Assembly (NCBI GenBank): GCA_964016885.1
Contig: OZ024740.1
Span: 192,014,001-192,078,000 of the forward strand
Length of the DNA: 64,000 bases
DNA from: Eledone cirrhosa
Taxonomy: Eukaryota
Direction of reading: 5' to 3'
The position numbers and the translations under genes are program-made. The notes under the pieces were generated by a model that had not been told where the DNA came from, ran no database searches, and saw only the letters and a program-made list of their open reading frames with translations. Shown in pieces: positions 1-13,300 of this stretch. Numbering within the stretch: position 1 is the first letter of the stretch; each line of letters opens with the position of its first letter.

Positions 1-135
1 ATACTGTTTGGCACTAGTGACGTTGCAACTCATTTCTACAGTTGAGTGAACTGGAGCAATGTGTAATAAAGTGTCTTGCTCAAGGACACAACATATCACT
101 CGATCTGTGAATGGAATTCAGAACCTCAAGTCTCC
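1..135 (-). mobile_element. tRNA-derived SINE fragment
   Basis: Minus strand has a B-box-like GGTTCTGAATTCC followed by GTGTCCTTGAGCAAGACAC, a motif typical of invertebrate tRNA-SINE bodies; cut by the window edge. Confidence 0.6.
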
Positions 136-630
136 GTGTTCTTTATTATGATTAAGTATGAGATTAGTTACACTGAAGCTTTACGGGAGCACCTACATTA
201 TCTCCATACAGGACTGAATGTGACGGAGTGACAGAATAAATAGAAGGTACAAGGGGAGGCAATGTGTAGATGGTGATTTTGGAGGAGATATGTTCAATAA
301 AAGAGAAGATATGAATAAGAAAAATAAATATGAATGAGCAGAGAGAAAGGGCTGAAGAATTCAAAAGCACAGGAATGACAAATAGAAAATGATGAAAGAA
401 AAAGAAACGAAAAAATAAAAAAAATGCAGAAAAAACGGGACATTTAGGGAGAGGAGTAAAAATAGGGAAATATAAAGGAGGAGACATAGAGGGGTCAGGA
501 GTGTAGAAATACATTGTGGGAGGAAGTGATGATGATAGTTGAAGAGTATAAATACAATACAATTGGTGAATGAATCTGTTTTAAATGGAACGTTAAAGTC
601 ACTTTTGCCAGAATAATGATAATTATGATC

Positions 631-820
631 ATTGTTTCTACGTTTGGCACAAGGCCAGCAATTACTCCAGTGTATTACTGGTACTTTATTTTATCAACCC
701 CATAAGGATGAAAGGCAAAGTTAACCTCGGCGGGGTTTGAACTCAGTCCGTAAAGGGACGTAACTGTGCTACAAAGCATGGCGTCCGACCATCTACTAAT
801 ACTGCCAATCCACCGCCCTA
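631..820 (-). mobile_element. tRNA-derived SINE (Nin/Deu-domain-like, octopus-type)
   Basis: Minus strand reads GGGCGGTGGATTGGCAGTATTAG (A-box region), GAGTTCAAACCC (B box), then GCCTTTCATCCTTATGGGGTTGATAAAATAAAGTACCAGT. Aligns with copies at 824-927, 25862-26012 and 41730-41912. Confidence 0.85.
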
Positions 821-823
821 ATA

Positions 824-927
824 ATTGTTTCTATTCTTGGCACAAGGCCAGCAATTACCCAGTGCATTACTGGTACTTTATTTTATCGACCCCGTAAGGA
901 TGAAAGGCAAAGTTAACCTCGGTGGGA
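824..927 (-). mobile_element. 5'-truncated SINE copy, tandem with the previous one
   Basis: Repeats the 3' half (GGCACAAGGCCAGCAATTAC...AAAGGCAAAGTTAACCTCGG) of the SINE at 631-820. Confidence 0.8.
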
Positions 928-1189
928 TTGATAATTATGATAATGATAGTGGAAGTGATAGATGGTGATTTTATTTAAGGTAGTTATAGTGAAAAACGAC
1001 AGAGTAATTAAATATGTGGGTATATGAGTGTATATCAAATAATGTGAATAAACAAAAACTGACGGAGACAAGTGGGCAGCTGAAGAATATTTAGTGAAAA
1101 AATGACTGATAATGATAGATTGATAATTATGATAAAACTCTGGAGGTAGTGTAAAATATGATGACAGTGATAACATGTGTAGTAATAAA

Positions 1190-1500
1190 CTACTAGTTTA
1201 GCAACTTGTATATAGAATCGAAATAGAGGAAAATATATATATGGAACTGGCTGAAGAAAACCGTCACATCCTGCTTCTTTTAAAACCTGAACAGGTTCAA
1301 GATCAAGCGATTGGAGTTCTCAAAATCCTTGTCAAGATACAATAAACACATGACAGTTAACGATATCATAAATCCCACCATCAAATGGTATATTGTTGCA
1401 AAAGCGAAAACTTATAATGAACAAGGTACGAGATATAATTTATATACCATAGATATAAATATATGTTTTCAAGAAATATCCTGATCTTACGAGAATAATC
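1190..1500 (+). mobile_element. Degenerate Penelope-like GIY-YIG endonuclease remnant
   Basis: Fragmentary translation KWYIVAKAKTYNEQGTRYNLY resembles the W-x-I-x3-A-x2-Y..C-x-LC C-terminus seen at 5171-5578 and 6890-6970; many stops. Confidence 0.4.
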
Positions 1501-2385
1501 TTTTTCGCTTTTTCTTCCTACAATAATGTTCGAACTTTGTGCCTTGAAGCACATCCAATTACCAGATTATTCCAACGTGCACACTGGATAATTATAGATT
1601 TTACTGACCACCTAACACTACATTTTAACAATATGTAACCGGATTGTACAAATAGGGGATGACCCATCTACATCCTCAGGCCTCAAGAGGTCAACACCCA
1701 AACCTACTCACAGCAATATATACACCTACACCCATCCACACCACAACCAACGCCTACCCAACACCCATCTACACACGATTAAGCCCAATCTTCCTTTCAG
1801 GCTCTGAGCACCCAGAGTGTCCCTCGGTATATGTACAAGAGCTGTAAATTACGGTATGTACCATATCAACTACATATTACAGTAATTATTCTAGATTCTT
1901 CATCTCGTCAACAAACTAGCTACTGCCATCGACTATAATTTGTAGACTGGGGACAAACTAATAATGCAAATATTTATTTGTTATCTTTCTAATATTTCAA
2001 ATCATTTAGCGAAAGTTGTCTTCCGTGGCGTTCAGTAATAGACCTAATATTCAATATCTTATATTTAATATTTGCATTCATATTGCTACTACCATCACCA
2101 TTAAAATTGTCCACAATTGCTTTTCAATTACTTTCACATTATCACCATTACTATCATTATTTTCACTGCCTTTATAACCAATAATTATAAAAAATTCCCT
2201 AGTTATTATTGTAATCTTCATTGCAATTAGGAATAAAGATCAGCACAATATGACTATCACTATATTCTGTTATTTATCATTACTAAATTCACCAGAATAG
2301 TGTAATATACATGCAAAACTATCCGGACATAGTGCCATATACATATATGTATGTATATTTACATTTATATATATTTTTATATATA

Positions 2386-3050
2386 TCATCATCATCATCA
2401 TCATCATCATCAACGTTTAACGTCCGTGTTCCACGCTTACATGGGTTTGGACGGGGGTAGTCCCACTTGAGGCAAGAGTGATTGTCTTGCTCGCATAGGA
2501 CTGTCTGGCAGGTTTTCTACAGTTGGATGTCCTTCCTAACACCAACCACATTTACAGTGTGGGTCTGGGAGGTTTTTACCGTGTTGCCTACACGGCCACA
2601 TTACAGCGTGGACTGTGTCTTTTTTGTCGTGACACCTACACGATCTCATTTGTTTCGGCCTGGATGGTGTGGCACCAACATAACTTTACATAGAACGGGG
2701 TGGTGTGGATGGGGTGGAGGTGGTGGGGGTGGGACGGGGGGCGGGGGTATTTTGTTAGAGATGCCTACTGGGTGTAGTAGGTTTTACTATGTATTTAGGT
2801 AAGGCGGGTTCTCTGTTACTGAGTACCGCCAAAGGTCTCGGTCCAGTGACATTGTCTTGGAGAGGTGTAAGTGTGTGAGGTCGGAGTTTATCAGCTCGTC
2901 CCAGGTTTTTCTAGGTCTGCCTATTCCGTGGCTACCGTCTATCTTTATTGCCCTGCACTTTGTTATACAGCTACCGACTTTCATGCGCATCACGTGTCCA
3001 TACCAACGTAGCCTTCTCTCAAGTAAACAACATATGATCCCTCTTATTTC
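2386..3050 (-). mobile_element. RTE-clade LINE 3' end with 3' UTR and (GAT)n tail
   Basis: ORF 2787-3167(-) contains RRLRWYGHVMRM...GRPRKTW...DRDLWR, the RTE C-terminal signature. The (CAT)n run at 2386-2411 is the tail on the minus strand. Confidence 0.8.
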
Positions 3051-3068
3051 TAATTTTTTTTTTAGATG

Positions 3069-3101
<33 letters not shown>

Positions 3102-3335
3102 ATGTATATATATATAAAATAGGTAGATGTACATCGGGAGGTTACCACAGTCAACAATGCTACTCAATACAATAGTAGAGTATAGGCATCTTTACTATCT
3201 TATATAGATAATTTCTACAAGACTAGATCTGTTCACTCCCGGTGATTTAATAGGAATGAAATACGTCTAGTCCGGTGCAACTTATTTCTGTAACAATATA
3301 TATATATGTACATATATATATATATATATATATAT

Positions 3336-3530
3336 TTCTAGGTCTGCCTATTCCGTGGCTAACGTCTATCTTTATTGCCCTGCACTTTGTTATACAGCTA
3401 TCGACTTTCATGCGCATCACGTGTCCATACCAACGTAGCCTTCTCTCAAGTAAACAACATCTGATCCCTCTTATTTCTAATGTTTATCTTCATAATGTAC
3501 TTTATAGCTCTGATACTGGTTCAGTCTAAG
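3336..3530 (-). mobile_element. Second RTE fragment (local duplicate of 2908-3052)
   Basis: Near-identical to 2908-3052 (TTCTAGGTCTGCCTATTCCGTGG...CCCTCTTATTTCTAA). Confidence 0.75.
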
Positions 3531-3757
3531 CCATTCGGATTGGTTTGTCCCAGTTATTCATAGAGCAACATCGGTTAAAGTTGGCACCATTAACTCAAGG
3601 ATAGATGTGGATATATTCATGTATATGTATGTGTCCGCATGTATCTGTGTGTTTATCTATATATTGTATATATATATATATATATATATATGAATTAATA
3701 TATAGTGTATTTTTTTGCAATACACTGTATGCTAAATTAAAAGCATTTCAAAGACCT

Positions 3758-4230
3758 TACGCTATTGTTTTAGAGTAGTGACAGTCTCACTTACTTTAAA
3801 TTTTCACCAAACAAGGGAGATACAGCTGACAGAGCTCTGTTTCGCACTCATTGGTATTTAGCAAAGCCAAGTACTCCACTTTTTTGCAGAACATAATTAA
3901 TGTTTGATTCTTATAAGATTTCTAGTAATAATATTCATATATATATGCATAATATTCATATATATATGTATAATATTCATATATATATCGCTATTTCAGA
4001 GCGCACATTATAATTTTCAATTTCTGCTTGACCTGCAAGCGCTCTGTATAATCAGTTCCTGATTATTACTAGAAATTATGTAAGAATCAAAAATTCCTGA
4101 TTTTCTGCTAACAGGTGGAGTAGTTGGCTTTGATAAGTACCAATAAGTGCGAAACAGAGCTTTGTCAGATTTATCTCCCTTGTTTGCTGAACATTTAATG
4201 TAAGTGAGACAGTCACTACTCTAAAATAGC

Positions 4231-4233
<3 letters not shown>
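3758..4233. mobile_element. MITE-like foldback element with ~175 bp imperfect inverted arms
   Basis: 3758-3932 is the reverse complement of 4062-4233 (e.g. TTTTAGAGTAGTGACAGTCTCACTTAC / GTAAGTGAGACAGTCACTACTCTAAAA); TA at both ends. Confidence 0.8.
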
Positions 4234-4282
<49 letters not shown>

Positions 4283-4792
4283 CAGGAAAGAAGGTTTACA
4301 TGGTTTGCTATACAAAAAAGTTTTTAATCACATAGCTTACATTTGTTTCACTGAGCTGGTATGTCTAGAGATCGCTATCCGCCTAATTTTGCGTCACTCG
4401 ATCGCCAATACAGAATTATAACCAGTCAGATCTTCGGAGCATGCGAGAATGAAGAAAATACACAGGCAAGAAAATAAAAGAAAATATGGAGTAGTTATGG
4501 CATTCAATTAGAACAATAACAACAACAATTATTACAACAATGCTATCAATAAACTATTTAAGGAGACCCTGACATTACTTAGGTGGGGGGTATATAATGT
4601 ATCTAATGTTACGGCGTGAAAACCAGCTGTCATAAGGCAAAAAGTATCGTAGTGTGTATCAATTTTAAAGATAAGCTAGTTTTTACAGTCTTTCTCTTCA
4701 TCTTCAACAGTATACATGAGTGGGACCACTGTCAAAGCTCAATAGTTGTAGAGTTAATACAGAGGTTAACGAATTAATATACGCATATATCT

Positions 4793-4837
<45 letters not shown>

Positions 4838-5625
4838 AATATAAATATATATACACATATATGTGTACATAGACACATACATACACATTAATATACACTC
4901 ATACAAAAATATACATACATGCAAAGAGAAAAGCGTGCTAATTGTAATATGGCAAAAAGAAGGTAAAGTAACATTGTAGTAGTGAAATGAGAAAAACTAG
5001 GATCTAGGTTCAAATGATTGCAGCAGCTGAGAAGGAGTAAGATTGTAGGTAGATGAGGTATTTACAGACTATTGTGTGGTATAGACTTGTGAAGGAAATA
5101 GTATACTTAATGAATATATTTTTGTGGGTAGTAGGTATCCTAATTTAAAGCTATGTTATGTTGGTTCGATTCACGGAGGTTTGAATCTTATGAATTTAGT
5201 GGCTATTCTATGTCTGCAGAAGATAGATCTTTCTAACTTATTATTAAGTAGCCTTTTAACATTTCTAAGGATATACAATAGCTCAAGATCACACAGCCCG
5301 CAATAGGACATACCTGTACTATAGGTTTTAGCAGCCGACAACTTCGACCAGTTGATAGTGTAGCTAGCGTTGCTGTCCTTCAATTCCCATATTTTTCTGG
5401 CGAGGGTGGTGGAACCCATAAGAGCTCGGTTTTTCATCGAGTGCCTGTGCACATACCATCTTTTCTTAAAAGAACCCGCGGTGGATCCTATGTAATTCCA
5501 AGTGGAGTTCACTATGAAAACGCCTTGTTGAGTCAAACCAAGCCAAGCGTTAATATCATCCACTACCTGGAATACCATAACTGGACTTCACCTAAGTGGA
5601 CTGCATTTAACTATTATTTGTTAAT
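4283..5625 (-). mobile_element. 5'-truncated Penelope-like element (GIY-YIG domain plus 3' region)
   Basis: ORF 5171-5578(-): YIGSTAGSFKKRWYVHRHS..STTLARKIWELKD..INWSKLSAAKTY..CGLCDLE..LLN..CRH. Flanked by (TA)n tracts. Confidence 0.8.
4331..4443 (-). ncRNA. Type I hammerhead-ribozyme-like motif (variant core) downstream of a Penelope-like element
   Basis: Minus strand: CATGCT-CCGAAGA-TCTGACTGGT..(long insert)..ACCAGCTCAGT-GAAA-C-AAAT-G-TA-AGCTATG. Stems I and II pair and stem III is minimal; the core has U4>C. Confidence 0.55.
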
Positions 5626-5628
5626 CCG

Positions 5629-5708
<80 letters not shown>
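5629..5708. repeat. (TA)n microsatellite
   Basis: Direct observation. Confidence 0.95.
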
Positions 5709-5712
<4 letters not shown>

Positions 5713-5714
5713 GT

Positions 5715-7100
5715 AAGATAACAGATTAAAGTTTAAGCAAAGAATCGCTGATTTCACCCTTAACGGGATTTTCTGAAACTACCAATGTCAATCTGTGAAA
5801 GCAGAAGTGGATATTTCAAAACACGTTGCAACCGGAGGAAGACAGGAAGTCGATACTTTGGTTCGTGGAAACGTTCCTTGGCAAAGAACGGGAAAAAACG
5901 AATATAATACGTCATTATTTGGAGCGGTGAAAAACAATTACAATCAAAGACAAAAACCACGTATATGGTATAAAAGAAATCGTAGACTAATATTCTATTA
6001 GATGGTTCATACCGTCATGATGTTTCTTTGACCATGACTAAGTGCGCCACTCGTGCTGGCGACAGGTTCAGAAAATAACTCACAGCCTTCTTTAAAGACT
6101 TCAACCTCTCTATACTGGTTGAGGCCAACCTCTCGGTCGTTAATTACCTCGACGTTACCCTCAATTTATCGAATGGATTGTATTACCCGTATAGAAAACC
6201 GAATGATACGATTAATTACAAAATTAAGCATTCCAATCATCCTGCCAGTATAACCAAGAACCTGGTAAGAAACGTTTCGTTGAGGCTTTCCCGTCTATCT
6301 ACTAACGAGCATATTTTCAACGACCATTCCACTTATTACAATGAAGCCCTTGCTCGGAGTGGATTTGTCAATAAGGTAGCATATACAGAGTACGAAAATA
6401 GCCCTAGAAGAAATAGATCCCGTCGCATTATATGGTATAACCCACCCTATAATATGGAGGTGGCCACACCATTAGCTAAGACCTTTCTATCCCTTATTAC
6501 GAAGCATTTTCCCCCTACACATAAACATAGTAACATTTTTAATAGAAATACTATTAAAATTTCTTTCTCTACGGCTCTTAACCTTGAACATAACATCACA
6601 GCTTCAAATTTAGCTAAACTACCTAGCCGTAGGAACACGTGCCACCCTGTAATTAGTACTAACTGTAATTGTAGGAATCGGGTTGATTGCCCCCTATCCG
6701 GGAAATGCCTCTCTAGTAACATTGTCTACAAGTGTAAAGTTGAAACACCCTCATCCCGTAGGGGCTACATAGGGTTAACCGCCAATAGATTCAAGCAGCT
6801 TCTTTACATGCATACCCATTCTTTTCGTTACCCTCTAAAAGGAATATGACGTCACTTTCAGCTTATAAAAGACAACCACGCCCAATATAAGTTACACTGG
6901 GAGATGCTAGCTGGGGCTAGATCGTATAACGGAAATAAAAAAAAACCCTGCGCCGCTGAGGCCCTGGAAATACTCTACGCCAGAGACCACATCTTAAACA
7001 GAAATCTGAGGCAATTTCGGCTTGTAAACATAAATTGCACAAATCTTTCCTGTATTACAGCACCACATTATACCCTAACGGATAGTGCGATCTATACGTG
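5715..7100 (+). mobile_element. Penelope-like element, RT C-terminus plus GIY-YIG, decayed
   Basis: VNYLDVTLNL, YYPYRKPN..SNHP, IIWYNPPY, CNCRNRVDCPLSGKC, NIVYKC..YIGLTANRFKQ (ORF 6178-6849); frameshifts and stops. Confidence 0.9.
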
Positions 7101-7484
7101 GATATTTTACGTATTGATGTGGTAGCTAAGTATATGTTATGTTTATACCGTTACTTATTTCCATAGGTAAGTATATATTACCTGTATGTTTTGTGAAGGT
7201 ACGTATACTTTCTCGTACGTATATTTGATTGTATATGTTACGGCGTATATTTCTTATATATTCTGGTGCATATGCGTTTGGTTATGTGTATACGGGAGTT
7301 TTGCGTCTGTGTGAGTATGCTGGTTCGTACGTTTGTAGGGTGTGTGTATATGTGTACTTCATATTTTGGTCGACGTAAGTCGCCGAACATTTGTGTATTT
7401 ACATGTAGGTATGTGTGCGCGCTTGTTATATACGTATTTATTTATTTATATACGTTTATTTAATTAATTATTTATTTGTATACA

Positions 7485-7623
7485 CGCGCACACACACATG
7501 TATATGTGCGTGGTTTTGTATACCTTATCTACCTTCACACACACACACACGCACCCGCGGACACGCAAACACACACACACATATAAATATGTGTGTGTGT
7601 ATGTGTGTGTGTGTGTATGTGTA

Positions 7624-7673
<50 letters not shown>

Positions 7674-7736
7674 TGTGCGCGTGCGTGTGTGTGTGTATGT
7701 GTGTGTGTGTGTGTGTGTATGTGTGTGTGCGCGCGT
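7485..7736. repeat. Compound (CA)n/(TG)n microsatellite
   Basis: Direct observation. Confidence 0.95.
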
Positions 7737-8817
7737 TTGTTCTTGTGCTTTTATATTTCTCTCAATTAACTATTCCAAGAATTGAACAAGAAAATCTCTT
7801 TTATACTTTATAACAGTGGCATGTTAATGACTGACACAAGTATAATGTTGAAAGGTTATTTGGACTTAACTAATTTAAATCCCGCCAACGGTCTATACGA
7901 ATATTAATTATTATACAGTATGTTTGTTGACTTATCAATAATATATTTGTTTTCCCTATAGTTAGATTTATCTCCGGAATCTTATCCAATGTAAATGCGG
8001 TATCATATAATATGATGTTATACTTTGAAGATTGTTTGTAATATGGGACAATTACAAAGAATATTACTAGAAGTTAATTAATTAAATATCCTTGGACATA
8101 TACATTAAATGATTTGACACGAATAAATCCTATACATATTAACTTTGAATTTACATGAAGCTAATTATAATCGGATTCATTTAAACATGAAGTAACATCT
8201 GATTACTACAGCGTAGGTCATAATCTAAGAGAACTGATGGTTATGATTGGTGCCTCTTCAATGAGTTTTTATATACACTGCTATTAATTGAATAAATGTC
8301 CATGGTGGCAATTAATTATGTCCAGAAGATAAAATGTGTAGGTTGTGTGCGTATATAAAGAGAGAGAGAGAGATGATATATATGTAGAGAGATGATATAT
8401 AAATATGTGGTAATATAATCGTGTAAATTTTCAATATCTCTTGCTGATCAAATTTACAATTCTCTTACATGTACGAACATGTAGTTTTACGATATACAAT
8501 AGGTATAAATTTGAGTGAAACGGGGATTTCGTTGTATAAAAGAAATGTTCATAATGAAACATATGGATGCTACAGATTATATTTCATTACTATGTATACG
8601 TTACTCGTGTATTTTGTCATCGTTCTAAAGCTACGAAGATCAAATATATGTATATGCAAATGACACACATATTGCATCTTGCTACTTGCGAGATTCACCT
8701 GTTTATTACAGATTCATCGAACACACAGGCGAAACAACAAAATTTAGTTTTCTTGCAGCCGGCAACCACATACGCATATATATATATATATATATATACA
8801 GAGAGAAATTTAGTATT

Positions 8818-9035
8818 TCTAAAGAAACACCTTTTTAGGCAGCCCTAGCTATGCTAACACCCGGTCAAACACCCTCTGGTGGTATCCAGCAGAAGCAAGG
8901 GGCACAACCGTCTATGCATTTTAGGCTTGACTGGCTTTGTTCTGGCAGTCTCTACCACATCTTGCGACTGCTGGAATTGAAAACAGTCGAGAATGTATAG
9001 TCTTCTCGTCTGTGTAAATGAGTTGATTAATCTCA
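8818..9035 (-). mobile_element. Possible highly decayed RTE fragment
   Basis: Minus strand ends in LPKKVFL, resembling the RTE RLPKxxxY motif; little other support. Confidence 0.25.
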
Positions 9036-9044
9036 TGTGCTTAT

Positions 9045-10269
9045 GTCAACTTATGTCCGCTCTCCTCCATTCTCTATGTACCATTACTGCGGAAGTTGGA
9101 CATTTTGCAGGACATTCCGTTGTAACCGGCACTGCATAAAGCGCCGTCGGTTTATGTCGACGACGTTACACTAATGGTGTTGAAAACCTCGGAAATCAGG
9201 GCGATCGGCAACTTACTGCAGGAATATGAAAGGCTCACAGGAGCAAAACACAACACGGACAAATCTGTTGGTTTGCAACTCGGAACACGGAGAAGGAATC
9301 CGATGACGTTCGACAGCGTCGTCGGATACTGGACGGAAGGACCGCTGAAATTGCTCGGTGTCTGGAACGAGGTCACGGCCAAGGTATTTGTGCTCACCCA
9401 GATGTGGGCAGAGTGCAAACTATCCTTGAAAGGTTGTGCGGAGGTGGCGATTACTTTCATAGCGCCCGTCATCTACTACCGCTTGACCGTCGTGCCGTGT
9501 CCCCGTGAATACCTCACCAAGATGGAATTCATGCTCTTCCAATTACTTTGGAGGAAGCAACGTTCACTGGTGAGGAGATCCGTCTGCTGCCAGCACCCTT
9601 CCAACGGAGTGCTGGGAATGCCGTGGATGCTGATGCACAAACACAATCTGAGGCTACGGCATCTCCAAGTATTCCTCCTCACCGACCAACCGGTGTGGGC
9701 CGTGTTTGTGAGACAAGCCTTTCCGCAATATGTGTCGCTGACGGAGCTGCAGTTATGGGTCAAGCGGGGAAAATGGGCGCCTGGCACATTGAATGCGCTT
9801 AGGCGATCATAGTCCTCTGTCAAGCACACCAAACAGTGGAGACACCACTTCGACATTCTATAGAGGGATAATAGGTTACAAGTGCGACGACGTGCTCGGA
9901 GAGACTCTGCGCGTCGAAGACAACGAACTCACCAGTCTATTCTGTAGAACTTTCCCTCCGGTACCTATGCACAACTTCCAAAGGTCCCTGGCCTGACAGT
10001 GCTACCGGTGAGTTCTACCTGTTCGAGACAAGATCTACATGCACGAACGCCCTGGCAAGGATCCAAGGAGAACTTGCACAACATGCCCCTGGAATTGAGG
10101 GGTGTTCTAACTACGGTGTGTAACACAACCCATTTGTAAGCCCCCCTCCGTCCCAATTAGGGATTTCGATTGTTGAATTTGTTTGTTAAAATTCTTTTTA
10201 CACGATCGTATGTAAAATCCACGGCAAATGTCCTTGTATTGTCCCCTTGTCTTGTGCGCCCTTGTGGAA

Positions 10270-10270
<1 letters not shown>
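9045..10270 (+). mobile_element. Tx1-like L1-clade retrotransposon copy A, 5'-truncated with internal deletions
   Basis: RT C-terminal motifs (YVDDVT, KSVGLQLG, KLSLKG.AEVA, GMPW). Jumps to the 3' UTR near 10080 and ends at (TATC)n 10271-10334. Confidence 0.9.

Positions 10271-10334
<64 letters not shown>
10271..10334. repeat. (TATC)n microsatellite at element junction
   Basis: Direct observation. Confidence 0.95.
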
Positions 10335-10335
<1 letters not shown>

Positions 10336-10344
10336 TGCCGTTTT

Positions 10345-13300
10345 ACTGTGGAAACACATAGACCTCGTAACACAGACGGTACATCTTGACCCGGAGGGTT
10401 GACTGGTGGTCCTAGACGTTGACGGTAGTGAAGGTGGAGCCTCCAGGCTGGTGGCCGCATATGCCCCATCCGAGACACCGCGTCCAGACTTCTTCAAACG
10501 TCTAGAGACTTTTCTGGGAACGTCCCGTTCCCTGCTGTTAGTGGGGACTGGAATGGAATCCTAGATGCACGTTCGGACTATAGAGAGGGGTGTAACAGCC
10601 TCAAACAGTAAATCGGCCGATTTGACCTGGCCGATATATATCGACTAAATGTTCCGACTGTGCCACTGTGCACGTGGACTAATCGCAGCGGAACATCTAG
10701 ATCGTAGCTAGATAGGGTTCTAGTTAGAAAGAAGCATAGGGACATGTTAAGGTTTCCACAAATGTTCATGGTTGCCTATTTAGATCACAAATTAGTGACC
10801 TCCTTAGTCAACCTTGACAAAACCCATAGACAGGGACCCGGCTATTGGAAGCTGAACTTGTCGTTACCGACATGCAAACCCTACAGTAAACGGATTAGCA
10901 CTAAGTTAAGAAGCACTTGACGGGGGCCATTGTCAACAACAGATGGTGGTACTCTCAAGAGAGCAGTTAGATGAGACTCGATAGGTTTTAGTAAAACATT
11001 TGTGTCAGATAGAAAAGGAACTGGTAGATAAAGTAGAAGAGGCACTTAGGAGTGGCAACGTAGCCAGCGTCCTAGCGGCGAGAACGGCGTTGGACAAGTT
11101 CTTCGACGCAAAACATGAAGGCTGCGTTGTCAGAAGCAAAACACGTGCTCTAGGAAACGAGGGAGACAAAGCTGTTAGCTGGGCCCGAGTGACGGAGGCG
11201 AAAAGTGGCAACAAGTCCATGAATCGGTCTTTGAAGGACCAAGACGGACGCGTTCAACGTGAGCCGAAGCAGATGTGCGCGGCCTTTCAGCGGCACTTTG
11301 CTCAACTGTTCGGCCAGAGCAGCGCGCCGGTAGAGGCTATGGATTTCGGTCCATACCTCGACGGCCTACCGCGACTCTCAGACAGAGAGGCGAAGTTCTG
11401 CGAAAGGCCGATTTCGGCCGATGAGATAGAGGATGCGCTGAGTCAATGCGGCAAACGCAAATCTCCAGGTCTCGACAGTCTACCCTACGTATTTTACGTA
11501 GCAATGCCGGACTTGTTGTCCGGTTTGCTGGAAGCGGTCTACTGCACCTGGCAGCAGAACGGGAGAATTCCCAGTCCTGTTAGTCAGGAAGGACGAGAAT
11601 AAGGGGGTTGTCATAGACAGCTTCCGGCCCATAACACTGCTCAACACAGAGTGACAGATTTTGGCCAAGGTGTTGGCAAAGAGGCTGGCGCTTGTCGTCG
11701 AAAACCTGGTGGAAGAAGCACAGACATGCGCAATCCCGACCAGGTTCATACACGACAACCTCCACCTCATGCGATGCATCATAGGTAGGGTAGGGTGGAA
11801 AGCCGGCTTCGGTGGGGCTCTGATCAACATGGATCAGTCTAAGGCTTTCGATAGGGTTGACCATCGTTACCTGGATTCGGTGCTGGAGGCGGCAGGCTTC
11901 GGACCAGTGTTCAGGTGCTGGATTGCTGCAATGCACAGCAGCAACATCTACTCAAGGGTCAAGATTAATGGCTACTTCTCGGAGCCGTTCTATATCACGC
12001 GATCCATCCGACAGGGATGCCCTCTTTCCTCCCTTCTGTACGTACTGACTCTCGAGCAAGTACTGCGGAAGTTAGAGCTATTGCAAGGAATCGATTTGGA
12101 ACCGGGACTGCAAAAAGCCGCGTCGGTCTACGCCGACGAAGTCACATTTGTGGTGTCGAGCACCTCGCAAATCGTGGAGGTCGGCACCTTACTGGGGGAA
12201 TAATAAAAATTCACATGAGCGAAGCTGAACCGGGAAAAGTCCGTCGGTTTGCAACTCGGAACGTGGAGAGGCAAACCGATGCCTTCCGATGGCGTCGTCG
12301 GACGCTGGCCAAAAGGACCGGTAAAGCTGCTCGGGGTATGGTTTGGTCGGGACCTCCAGGTGGAGAAGAACTGGAACGAGGTGATGGCCAAGGTGATTGC
12401 GCTCACCCAGAAATGACCCGAGTGCAAATTATCCTTGAAAGGTCGAGCGGAGGCGGCGAACACTTTTATGGCGTCTGTCATCTACTACCGCTTGACCGTC
12501 GTGACTTGTCTAGCCAAAACGCTCACCAAAATGGAGCGCGCTCTTCCAATTCCTTTGGAAGAAACGGGCTCCTTTGGTAAGAAGATCCATCTGCTGCCAA
12601 CACCCTTCAAACGGAGGGCTGGAGATGCCGTGGCTGACGATGCGCCAACAAGCGGTCAGCCTGCGGCACCTCCACGTATTCCTCACCAGACAACCGGTGT
12701 GGGCCCCGTCTCGCTGACCGAGCTGCAGTCCTCGGTCAAGCAAAGACTGAGGAAAATTGGCGACTGGCACATTGAATGTGCTCACGCGCTCGCAGTCCTC
12801 AGGCAAACAGACCCGACGATCAGTGGAGACTCCACTTCGATATTCTATAGAGGGTTGGTCCGCAGCAAGTGCGGGGACACGCTCGGAGGAACTCTAGGCG
12901 TAGAGGACGACGAACAGGCCAGTCTGTTCGGTAGGACCTTTCGCCCCGGACCAATGGACAACTTCCAAAGTCCCTGACCTTGCAGTGCTACCGAGGAGCT
13001 CTACCAGTTCGAGACAAGCTCTACAGAAACGGGCACCCGGGTAGGGACCCTTCGAAAAAGATATGTCCGAGATGCGTGCACGACTAGGAAACCGTCGCGC
13101 ACGCATTTGTACACTGCCGGGGCGTTACCGACCTGTGGGGCTATGTAGAACAACTATTAAGCGGATGGGACCAATCCGCTTGACTACCGAATCCATTGTC
13201 ATGATCAAACCGCCACCCTCCTTCAAAAACGAGGGAGAGGCGGTTTTCCTATGTGTTATGGCTACGGTGAAAGAGGTTATATGGTGGGCGAGGTTAAAAG

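Noticed and set aside
164-562. 132 aa hydrophobic ORF
   Set aside because: Low-complexity purine-rich strand with no recognisable domain.
7266-7813. ORFs rich in CV/HT/YI repeats (also 4076-4315, 17735-18034, 18477-18758, 21717-22009)
   Set aside because: They are translations of dinucleotide microsatellites, not proteins.
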